The notes beneath the pieces were generated by a model. It was given only the letters and a program-made list of their open reading frames with translations, had not been told where the DNA came from and did no database searches. 64,000 nt of DNA from Auanema rhodensis (taxonomy: Eukaryota; Animalia; Nematoda). The position numbers and the translations under genes are program-made. The stretch is taken from positions 14,384,001 to 14,448,000 of the forward strand of contig OZ059898.1 in the NCBI GenBank assembly GCA_964057225.1, written 5' to 3'. Positions 51,364 through 62,637 of the stretch are shown here, one piece after another; positions within the stretch are counted from its first letter, which is position 1, and each line of letters opens with the position of its first letter.

Positions 51364-53605
51364 GCTGCAACAGACGTGCCTATCTGGATGTGTGGATGAA
51401 TGAATTCTGAAGAAGTTTCCACAATTCTCTCTATAAGCTCCGGATATTTGTATGAGGTTGTAGAAGAAAACATATTGAGGTCAAGAGAGGGAGGATATTC
51501 ATATGTGAGATGTCTGTGTATCTTCTTAAATTCTTCTCATCGTAGTATTCTCTAGTAGTTTCATCCTTTTCTGCAAAAAGGAAAGTTACGAACCAGTATT
51601 CAGCATGTCTGATCCACTAACAGTACGCTTAAACAAGATAAATTTTCATAAAGAGAGGGAGGCGGAGAGATGAAGGATGTTTCAACAGAGGAAACACCTC
51701 GCATGTCGCCTACACTGGGGGCCATCCGCAAGCCACGGCGATATCCGTTAGATCGAACACGTATTCAGAGCCGGCTACATCTCGTCAACGGATGAATACC
51801 TGCTGGACTGTTTGGTGAAAACAGAGGACAAACATCAAAAGATGTCTGTAATTGACGATGTAGGAGCGACGGATGATGTTACTGCTCACTGTTGTCTTCG
51901 ACGGTAATAGCCTAAGGAACCAAACTTCATACACAACTGTAAGTGGATGAAATAGAGGAAAGAGCAAAGATGAGATGACATACGAAGAACCAATTAAAGA
52001 TGCACAGTTTCTGTATTCACATTTGCTCTCTTCCCCGCAAATAGGCAAATATAGACGTTAAATCAGAAGCCAAATTAACTAATGTATCAATCTGATCGCT
52101 GCCGGTTTTCCATTGCATAAGCTACAAAATACTTTTTTGAGGGTTCCGTCGAACGAAGGAAGATGATGAAACAAGTATATTGCAAAGGAATAGCTTCAAA
52201 AAATATCTGAAGGACAATGCTGATGATGACCCGATTTAGAGATATCAGAAAAAAGGAAATATGATCTCCAATATGGAGTGTCGTTCACTTTTTCAATTCA
52301 ATTATATTCAATTTTTGCAATTTTGTATTATAGCCAACAGCTATAAGCAAACAAACGAACATCTTTTTCAGCAGTTTTTTCATGAAAACCGGGCCGGAAT
52401 GAATGAAATCAGCTGCTGGACATCCTGTGTAGAATGCTTCGTTTCATTATAATAATTCACGAATAAAGTTTTTTGATCTTTTGGCTCATGGAGGAAGAGG
52501 GGGGGCAAAAATATTTTTTTTCGTACCAACCTCTCTCTCTCTTTCTCTCTGTCTCTCTATGTTCAACTCTCATGAACACATATGATCTTGTATGCAACCT
52601 GTTCATAAGCCTGTTCTTATATATCCGTTTGATGTTTTAGAATATTAAAAATAGAAATTATGTTAAAAGAAAATAAATTTTAAAAGAAAAAGATTTAGAA
52701 ACAGGATTTAAAGCTTACCCTTTTTAAAGTTTTTGAATTTTGAAAAATATAGTTTACAACTATGCTCATATATTAATGAAGTATTCTCTCTCTCTCTCTC
52801 TTTATTCTCGGCAAAGAAACATAAAAAAGCTCACAACTTCCTCAGCACATATCTAATCTCGGATGAAAAACAAAAGAAATAATTATTCTTGATCTTCCTA
52901 TGCTTCCGGTGCAACTTTTTCTCCGATGAGCCAGCCAAGAATGTTGCTTTTAGGCTTGTTCAGCTGGCAGTGATCATGATCATGTTTCTTCCTCAGCTTT
53001 TACTATGCTCTAATGCTCAAACTGGTTTTTTTTCCTCAAAAAATTCGGCCAAACAGATTAAGATGCTTTTCATTTTGGATTACAATTATGGTTTTTGTTT
53101 CGGACATTCATGATCTTGGATTAGACATGCATCATGTACATGCAGCAATAACCTGAGTCTTCACATAGCTCTGTATCTTCTTTCATGAATTCATTTCTTT
53201 GTTTTTTGGCCAATTGAAGTAGTTAGCCGTACGTTGTCACGACGAGAAATATATGAGAGAATCCCTCAAACCATTCTATAGCTCATACCATTCAATGCAT
53301 CAGAAATTTGCAAAGCAAGCGAAGTTTTATGATCGTCAAAGATCATCATCTTGACTTGCAGCTTATTCATGCTTCCTCATCGTTCGGATAAGCTATAACG
53401 CTTCATGTTGTTCTCTTCTCTGTCTTCAATAGCCTACGGCATCAAAGGTGATATTCATGAAAGTAGAGAACAAATGATGAATGATGATGATGACGACGTA
53501 TTGGTTACGAAAATCCAGTTGGATTTGTTTGTACTCTTGTTCCTGGGCATCCACTTCAGCACTAACTACAAACATAGTATACTAAGACATCTCTCTCTTT
53601 CTCTT

Positions 53606-53651
<46 letters not shown>

Positions 53652-54967
53652 ACTGCATCTCTTTTCTCTTTCATTGCAAGGTATTTCCTCTTTACTGATC
53701 TTTCTTTTTTATTCTTGTTGTCATTGCCCGAGGCGAATTCCACTGCGTGAACTCTAAACAAACAAAACTTTCAGCCGTTTTCATCGTCCTGTTGTCTTTA
53801 AAACAAGTAGAAAAATCACTTTTTGATAGCATTTCAGCAAGTTTCAACAAGATTTTGTACCCAAACAATATTTTTATTTGACTATACTATATAATTACCG
53901 TAATTATATAATAAAATTAATAAAAGAATATATGAAATTGTAATTGATTTTCAATAAAACATACATACATGAAGCAAATTATTCAACCGTTATACAATCA
54001 ATAATCTTTAGAAAATGAAACAAGTGCACTTAATTAGAATTTTACGTGAACAATGACGTGAAAACGTAATATGTTGAATTGCTCATCAGCATCTGAAGGG
54101 ATAAGATCAAATTAAGCTCAATTCTATTGGAAAAGATAAGAGAAAACTATTTTTAAAAGTTTCAAAACCAATAAAAAAACTTTTTTTTAAAGAAAAATTC
54201 AGGTTTTTTGAATATCTCTAATAAGCTTAGAGCATTTTTCTGTCCATTTTGTTTGCATAAAGAATGAATGGAAAGGAAAACGATTGACGTGTGTTCCTCA
54301 ACACATATACAACATTCAGAATCTTCCAACGTTAGAACTGTTTAAGAAAACAAAGAGTAGTAACTTTGCCTTCAATCTCTTATATTTTTCTTTCAAACTA
54401 ATTATAAAAAGTACAAAATGAGAAGAGAAAATGAAGTTAACATGACAATATTTGAATAAACATTGTTGACATTTAAAAAAACATTTTTGACGATCAATTT
54501 GAGACCGAATTTGCTGTATTACTCATGAATATGGAATTTTAGTTATTTGGATTATATGGATACTCATATTCATTTGAATATACTAATCATAATGAAAATT
54601 AGTTTGTGACAACGCATACAGTGAGAGCTCACATCATCGACGCTTACATATGAAGCTTGTGCCACCCACCTGATGCGTTCACCTCGTTCACACATTCAAC
54701 GAACTCTCAATCTGACGTCACATGCGTCTGGTATTGAATTGCCAAATTGCAATTGACTTAGCATGCTGCGGTACAAAAATCTGGTTTATGAGTCAGAGGT
54801 CAGAAGACGTCAGAAGAACGTAAAACGTACGTGACTGTAAGCCTTGAGGCGATTTTTTTTTGCTCAACGTCTTCCGGTCTCTCTTCTGTGTCGGCTTCCT
54901 CAACATATACACACAATTCATCATCTTAGCCGATGTAAACCGGAATTCACGTAGCCGGTGCGAAAAG

Positions 54968-54975
54968 TATATAAA
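54968..54975 (+). promoter_or_regulatory. TATA box (GTATATAAAG) of the plus-strand Cys/Gln-rich gene
   Basis: Strong TATA consensus ~47 nt upstream of ATG 55022 with no intervening acceptor. Confidence 0.75.
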
Positions 54976-55021
54976 GCTGGAACAAACGGAAGACGGCAGC
55001 TCTACAGCATCATCCGATAAC

Positions 55022-56716
55022 ATGCTCCGCCATCTCATACTCTGTTCACTCGTGGCTACTGTAAGTATTACATACTCAGACATAGTTTTAAGATTATTTT
55101 CTAAAACGTAAGAGCTTTAAGCTCAATTAAATCAAAAATTTGCTTGTTAACTATATGATATAGTTAGAATAATTGTTTTATAAATATTTTTTTATAACTT
55201 TACTTTGCTTCAGGCTTTATGCGGTCCTATTGGTGATCGTGAGAAGAGGCAAGCTTGTGGCGTTGCCTGCCAACAAGGTTTGAAAATTCCCCTCAACTGT
55301 AGTATTTTATCTTTTTTTTGATTTAGCTCCAATTTACACTGTTGAAATTCAACAATTCCAACAACAATCCCCATGCCTCTGTGCCCCAGCTCAGGTACTT
55401 CACACTCAATGAGCTTATTCAGCTTCGTCATCATCTATTTTAGCCAGCATGTAACTGTGTTCCCTCTCAGCAGCAACCCCTTTGTGACTGTCAAGCTACT
55501 CCATCCTGCTGTGTTCAAGTTGATATCATTCAGCAAGATCCCTGTGCCGGATGTCAACCAATCCAACAGAATCCCTGCCCAACATGTCAGCCAGTAATTC
55601 AACAGGATCCCTGCTGTCAGCAAGCTCAGGTATTTTGACATTGAATAGGCTTTTCATCATCTTGTAAATGTTTTAGCCAGCTTGCGATCCATGCCCACAG
55701 CCAGTCCAACAACAGCCATGTTGCCCACAAGCTGCTCCTCAAGTCGGATGTACCGTCTGCGTCGAAATTGTGCAACAGGTATGACGGCTTTCTCTTCTAT
55801 CTGAGCTAAAACTTGATTGTACACCTTTTCAGCCAGTCCAACAGAACCCCTGCCCAGCCTGTCAACCAGTTATCCAGCAAGATCCCTGTTGTCAACCTGC
55901 TCAAGTACAAATCCCATTACTCGATACATTCGTGACATTCTATTTTCAGGCTCCATGCCAACCATGCCAGCCAGTCCAACAAGATCCCTGCCCACCATGT
56001 CAGCCAATCCAACAAGATCCATGTGCCGGATGTCAGCCAGTTCAACAGAATCCCTGCCCAACCTGCCAGCCAGTACAACAAGATCCCTGTGCCGCCTGCC
56101 AGCCAATTCAACAGAACCCTTGCCCAACCTGTCAGCCAGTACAACAAGACCCCTGTGCCGGATGCCAACCTGTTCAACAAGACCCCTGTGCCGGATGTCA
56201 GCCAGTACAACAGAACCCCTGCCCAACCTGCCAACCAGTACAACAAGATCCCTGTTGCCAAGTGAGTCAACATTGATATGATGAGATTTAGTTCAAGCAT
56301 TTCCAGCAAGCTGAACCAGCCTGTAACCCATGCGGACCTGCTCTTCCAGTTCAACAAGTTCAGCCAATCATCCAGTACCAGCAGACTCAGGTACGTGAGC
56401 TAACAAATCTGAATTTCGCACACCTTCCAATATTGGGTCTCATCTGAGTTCATTTCAGACTCTTCAATGTGCTCCAGCTTGCCAGCCATCCTGCCAATCC
56501 AGCTGTACCGCTTACTACGACAACCAAATGACCCAATATAAGTAAGCATCCATCTCTCCAGGTTCCAAATCTATTTCTATATCTTTCAGCTCTGCTACAA
56601 CTTCCTGTGATGCTCAGAACTGTGTCTGTCAACGCGGATACGTCAAGTGTGCCGAACAAACCTGTTGTCTCCGTTACCGTTACACCCAGAAGAAGAGCAA
56701 GCGCTCTGTAGCTTAA
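55022..56716 (+). CDS. Secreted Gln/Cys/Pro-rich repeat protein (abu/pqn-like)
   Basis: Signal peptide MLRHLILCSLVATALC; REKR-Q site; 11-aa repeats QQ[DN]PCxxCQP[VI]; CAPACQPSCQSSC; C-terminal CDAQNCVCQRGYVKCAEQTCCLRYRY; TAA 56714-56716. Confidence 0.9.
55965..56260 (+). repeat. Coding 33-bp tandem repeat (~9 units of QQ[DN]PCxxCQP[VI])
   Basis: Units such as caacaagatccctgtgccggatgtcagccagta repeat inside exon 55950-56260; related units occur in the exons at ~55530-55620 and ~55832-55900. Confidence 0.9.
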
Positions 56717-59161
56717 GCTTATGAACTATCTAGTTTGATCTCAGCCGAAGATCAGACAATAACAATTTCGCTATTTGTAGATAATTGAATTAACGAATTG
56801 CCATATGTGTATATATGTATGACACAATTATGAAAAAAAGTTTATTTAAATAAAATTTTAATTTTAAAACTTTTTTTTTTAAAAGAATAAGCCAGTAGCT
56901 TAAAATATATTTAATCGTAAGCTTAATAGTATAACACAGCAACATTTTCATTTAAAAGCACCACAACACAAAAGTTTTATATGTTTCAAATTATCTATCT
57001 AAGTTAGTTTTGTTAGTAGAATCTTCCGATGGACAAGAAACTTGAACTTTCTTTTAAATATAATTTTTATAATTAAGTTACAACTTACATGTTAAACTTA
57101 TTCAGTCAGCAACATAATCTTTATATATTACATATATAGTATATAAAATCATTTGATATTTTTATTTTTAAACTGCAATTGCTTCAATTTGACGACTAAT
57201 TATATAGTCAAACGGCCATATTTCAATATTTTTTGAGTTTAACGAGAAAAGATTAAACATAATAGGATATGATATATACATATGTATGTTAACTAGATAG
57301 AGTATAGTTAAATTAATATAATTTATATGTAATTTCTTATATTCTCGTCGTAATTTTTTCAAAAATAAAATATTTTTTGAATTTTTGAACAAAATTATTT
57401 AAAAAGTTATAGTCTTAGTCTCAATTATTCAATCCTTAAAACTGTTTCTATTTGTCCTTCATGTTATTTTCTTTTTTTTTTTATTTCCAACTTAAAATTG
57501 GTAGAAATTCTGCAAAAAATGCTTTAAAAAGGTTGGTTATTGGCGGCAAAATTCAATTATGTCAACTATCTCCCAATCTCTCTTTCTCTATTCTCCCTTC
57601 TATCATACTCTTCTCTCTCTTTTAGTCTCAATCTCTCAAGCTTGATTCGTACAAATTCTTTTTAACTCACATTCTGTCTAATGTTTCTCTCCTATGTTTC
57701 TTTCTCATCCTCTATACATATTCTTCAGCCCGGTGGTTGGCCGAAAAATCAATGCTCTTGAGTTGCCAAAAAATGCTAGTAGGTTGACAAGTCTGATGGA
57801 CTTCATAACACGACAATGCACTTCTGCTTATCTACATTCCCGCTCCTAAATATAAGAGCCATAAGCTCAGTAAAAGAGAAAGAGAGAGAGGGATAGAGAG
57901 AGAAAGAGAGCAAGAAAGAGAAAGAGAGAGAGACATACAGAGAGAGAAAGAGACTAAGGAAAGAGAGATAGCTGGAAGAAAGTGACAAATGAAAGTGGAG
58001 AATCTATATGTAGTAGTTCTCCTCCAGCAATTTGTTACAGATATTTCAAATAAAATACTTGAAAAAGAGCATGCTAGAAAGGATAAGAATGAAATAAGAA
58101 ATAGAAGGAAAGAAATAGAAGGATAAGGGTGAGGGTGGATGAAAAATGGACAACACAAACCAAATAAGGAAGAGATGAAGAATACGAGGGAGAACGAAGA
58201 AGATGGCAGGGAGGGACAGAGGGAGGGAGATAGCCGAAGAAGGGAAAGGGCGGGTGCGAGATAAAGAGGAAGGACGAAGAAGAATGTCGAACTCGTTTTC
58301 CGTATTGTTCCGAAGACTCATTTCATTATCGCACACGAAGCAGCAAGCTTCTCCTTCTTTTCCTCTTTCTACGCTTCCCCCTCAATCCTCCCTTCATCGC
58401 TCTCTCTCTCCCTCTTTCTACAGCCATCCATCCGACTAGTCGATATTTCAACTTCCTGCAGCTTTTTGTGAAACTTATACACATTGCAGTGGTCATTTAG
58501 ATTCTTTTCACCCTTCTATATCATATTCTCGTTCTGTATTGCTTTTTTCCTCAATTTCTTTGTTTCATTCTCTCGTTATGCCACCCTCTATCTCCCATTC
58601 TATCTCTTCATATCTCTCTCTCTTCCTTTTTTCATTCTTTTCCTTGTAGTTCTTCATCAACTATGTACGTTCATGCGTTGCTCCCTTCATAGATTAACGC
58701 ACAAAAATGTTTTTTTCTCCTTCTTTTCTTATTCACATGTTTCATTTGCTATGCTCCTTAAAAAGCATATAACTACCAGCTTCAATCACATTCCTTTAAC
58801 TATTTCGTGCTCGTATTCTTCTTCACTGAATCTCTTGAGGACTAGTATATGCTCAATAAACCTTATGTCATATCTTTTTCATTTTCGTAGTTGTATCAAC
58901 CTTCTTGTAGCCTACTGCAACTTTAGCAACTTTATATTCATGCTCAATTTGGTTATTTCCTCAAAAATCTCACAAACTTTACACATTTTTAGTTATTTTT
59001 CATAACTTTTCTTTAACTAATATGCTTTACGTATACAAATTTTTCATAAATATGCGAGATATACGAAATTTTGCTAAATGGATCATCATAGAGTCTAGAC
59101 GAAGAGCTCTATACAATCTGGCGATTATGCATCGATATTCCCGGGAGAGAGAGGGAGAGAG

Positions 59162-59173
<12 letters not shown>

Positions 59174-59225
<52 letters not shown>
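59174..59225 (+). repeat. (AG)n microsatellite
   Basis: Perfect dinucleotide run. Confidence 0.95.
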
Positions 59226-59227
<2 letters not shown>

Positions 59228-60349
59228 AACATGTATATACTATATACTATATAGTAATACTTTAGAACTACTATTATACTTTAAATTCAAATATCAATCT
59301 ATGTTTAAACACCTCTATTTTCCTTAATTAAAGCTTCATGGCTTTATCTAGGCTCATTCCGTGGTCAAATATGGTTAACTAACCCCAAATAGCATAGTTC
59401 AGTCAAACCTAATAGACTAAGACATGGCTATCTTTCTTTCTTCACAGTTCATTTGATGCTTCTGAGGTATACAAACTGACAATTGGAAAATGAAAAAACC
59501 GAAGAACGACCTCGACAACCAATCGAGTTAGCTTCTTCCGCTCATGCGCAACTTCTTACCATTGCGAGACGAGACAAGCTGCACAACCAGCATAGCTAAC
59601 ATCAACTTCAGCAAGCTTTGACTTTACTGCCATCCAACTATCACAGCTTGCCACAAGCATTCATCATATTTTTCCGAATTGATCCGTGTCTCATTCGACT
59701 ATTCTTAAAATATTTTCAATAATACCTATATAAGAGCCAGGCATATGTCTGTATGTCATCATGTTCTTATAATTTGATTTCCATTGTCGTCTTCATTATT
59801 TCCTTTCTTCAATTCTTTTCTCTCTCTCTTTCTCTCTCTTTCTCTTTCTCTCTCTTTCTCTCTCTCTCTTTTCAATAAATAGCTTCTTCACCATCTCTGC
59901 TCATCTATATAAGGAAAATTATTTACTTATTCATCTTTATAATCTAAACAACGTAATTTTCAAATATCTATATCGTTTGCTTAATATAAACATCCAAAAA
60001 CCTCTGGCTCCAGCTGCTTTTCTAATTATTATTTCAACATATTCGTTCTCAGACGTAAAATTCTGTCCTAATACCAGGCATTTTGTGGTCCACTTCCGTC
60101 CATTTCAATTTTTCTTCAATGTATTGCAGCTGAAATAAAAAAAATTATATTTTTTCTGTTTTGTTTCACTTCATGAACTGGCTATAAACGGCAATTCCTA
60201 TTTATATTTCTGCGTGGTGCTGCTGCTAGGGCTGCTGCTGCTGCTGCTGGTGTAGGTGGCCATATTGGTGGCGTTAGTTAAACAAAAATCTTTATCCTAT
60301 TTAGCTTTTGTCATTTTCAATTTTTTATCTTTCAAATTAGGGTTCCACC

Positions 60350-60378
60350 CTCTCTCTCTGTCACATACACACACACAC

Positions 60379-60435
<57 letters not shown>
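60350..60435 (+). repeat. Compound (CA)n(TC)n microsatellite
   Basis: Seen directly. Confidence 0.9.
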
Positions 60436-60437
<2 letters not shown>

Positions 60438-61877
60438 TGCTTATGAATAGCTCGATAACTGCTCTGTTTATAAGAATTTCCAATTTGCAGTTGACGTAGT
60501 CCTAGAGCAGTACATCGTTTAACGAACTAACATAGTCATTCCAAATATTTGCATATCGATGTGTTAAATTAAAGAAGATTCCAGCTTGTTTTCCATGCAC
60601 TTTATGAATTTTTCATCGTTTTTGTTCATTTTTCCTGAGTCAGTCAGGCATATTTACCTCAATTTATGGTTACTTCCATGACCCTCCATCCATATCTCCG
60701 TGGTCAGCATTTGAAGCTATTCTGCGTGCTGTCTCCTCTTAGCCTTGTAGAACCTCCACACGTCCTTCATCGGTTGTCGTACTCTCGTACGCTACATGCT
60801 TCAGCCATCACAACACCATGTTCAGTATATATCCAAGCTGCTGCTATACAGCCTTCAGAATATGTGCATGAAACGCAAGCCTCCCAGCTTGCTGAATGTG
60901 CGAAAAGCATTTTTAAAACTGTTTAGGTGCCAGTTTTCTTCAGTTTTTTCACCTTCATCGTTAAACGTCTTCCTGCAATGTAACATGATAGTGCAGCAGA
61001 GGGACCTGAAAGCTATACCAACTTTCTTCTTCGTCCTCATCTTCTTCTTTTTCCGTTTCTCTTTATTTCGTTTTCATCCATCGTTTGTCGTCAATCGTCA
61101 GAAATATTCAGCCCATGCTGCTTCATATATCCTTTTTTTTCTTTCCCAAACATCCTCTTCACTTTAGTTTTCAAGCTTTAGCTATTGCTACTGCTGAAGC
61201 TTTTGCTAGCTCTCATAGCACAGAGCCACACAGTTGAAGCTTCCATGACTTCCGAACAAATCTCCAGTTGTTGATTGACTGTCTCTAGCTGACATGCAGT
61301 TAAACGATGAGCGCTTCCGCTTTACCTTCTTGAATCCACAACGATAGTTGGATTCAGATTCTCACTAAGAAACTTCCAGCTCAGCTCCGACCTTTGCCCG
61401 ATTTGTGTTGTCAACAAGCTCAAATATGTCTATTAGTATTACAGCTTTTAGAATACGAGCTACTGATCTCCTAAAAAAATTTTTATTTTCTTCCGTAACC
61501 TCTCTGTCTCTCTATCTTCTTCACAATCTCTCTTTAACTGTTCATCTCTCTCATACCTTTATCTCTTGATTTCCCATACTATCTCTTCGTTTTTATGTTT
61601 TTTTTCTGGAGAGAAAAGTTGCGCATGAATGAGCAAAAACACGATTTGGCTCTCAGCGTTCAAAAATAGAACTTTTTATGAAAAAAATCTTTCAACAAGC
61701 CGCTGGCGAGTAACTGCCAATCATTCTGGCGAGTCAGTTAACCAGCTGGCATGGAGTGGTCAGCGGTCTAGTTTGTTATTCAACCACTTAAGGCATATCA
61801 GCTTTCAATTAGATTCCGATTACTACAGATTGCTAATGAGCAACAGGTAGTACTAAAGGAAAGGAATAACAAGTTAC

Positions 61878-61905
61878 AGAGAGAGAGAGAGAGGGAGAGA
61901 GAGAT

Positions 61906-61954
<49 letters not shown>

Positions 61955-62069
61955 TAAATGGAAAAGAGAAACATAGGAAAAGGAAATCAAGAGAAGTAGT
62001 AATTACAGAATTCATGATGTCATATGAAATTAAGGAGACGATAAAAAGAGAGGGAGAGAGAGGGAGAGA

Positions 62070-62142
<73 letters not shown>
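61878..62142 (+). repeat. Two long (GA)n tracts (~61878-61950 and ~62047-62142)
   Basis: Seen directly. Confidence 0.9.
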
Positions 62143-62143
<1 letters not shown>

Positions 62144-62463
62144 ATTGATCCTTAACGATGAACATACTACATGAATATACATATGTATATTGAGAAACTG
62201 GTTACAATAGACGAAAACAAATCTAATTGAGCCGAATAAATTATTTAATCTTTTGTAAAATTTAAAATTTTCAAGAAGTATATTCTTAATATCATTTTCC
62301 TATTTTATTCACTAACTATTCTCTTCTATCGGCAAGCTCAGTTCTAAAATGTATTCGTTTGTTTGTTTGTTTATTTTCTTTTCTAAAAACATCCTCATAA
62401 AACTACATTCATATGCATATAAATAGAGAATTTAACCATTTTCTTCATTTAATTTACTCTTTT

Positions 62464-62637
62464 TCACATTTTTTCATGTTTTTTCATATGTATATAACTG
62501 AATAGCAACAGCAACAGCAATAACATCAGCATCAGCAGGCGAAGCAGCTTAAATCCTGAGCGAGGAATGATGCTACCGGCTGTGCTTGGAACGGAATCAG
62601 TTTGAACAAGCTCCCATGGGGCATTAAGATTGTCCAT
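62464..62637 (-). CDS. Candidate 57-aa small ORF with a C-terminal hydrophobic helix
   Basis: ATG immediately after acceptor cctttttag; MDNLNAPWELVQTDSVPSTAGSIIPRSGFKLLRLLMLMLLLLLLLFSYIHMKKHEKM*. The hydrophobic part overlaps a CTG/TTG-rich simple repeat. Confidence 0.3.
   Translation of the reverse strand: MDNLNAPWELVQTDSVPSTAGSIIPRSGFKLLRLLMLMLLLLLLLFSYIHMKKHEKM

Noticed and set aside
55817-56357. Five extra overlapping ORFs on both strands
   Set aside because: Shadow frames of the 33-bp coding repeat; only the QQDPC frame fits the spliced gene.
59611-59662. TATCACAG (mir-2 family seed) in a short stem
   Set aside because: The stem is only ~10 bp and the rest does not match the family.
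60666-61430. 86-aa ORF, an exon-like minus-strand segment, and hairpin TGAATCCACAACGATAGTTGGATTCA (61331-61356)
   Set aside because: No coherent multi-exon model or family motif; the hairpin is too short to call as an ncRNA.
7298-62165. Many ORF-track entries with SLSLSL, ERERER or poly-Phe content (e.g. 7298, 12801, 35681, 58484, 59022, 61833)
   Set aside because: Translations of (TC)n/(GA)n microsatellites and T-rich non-coding DNA; no splice structure or family motifs.
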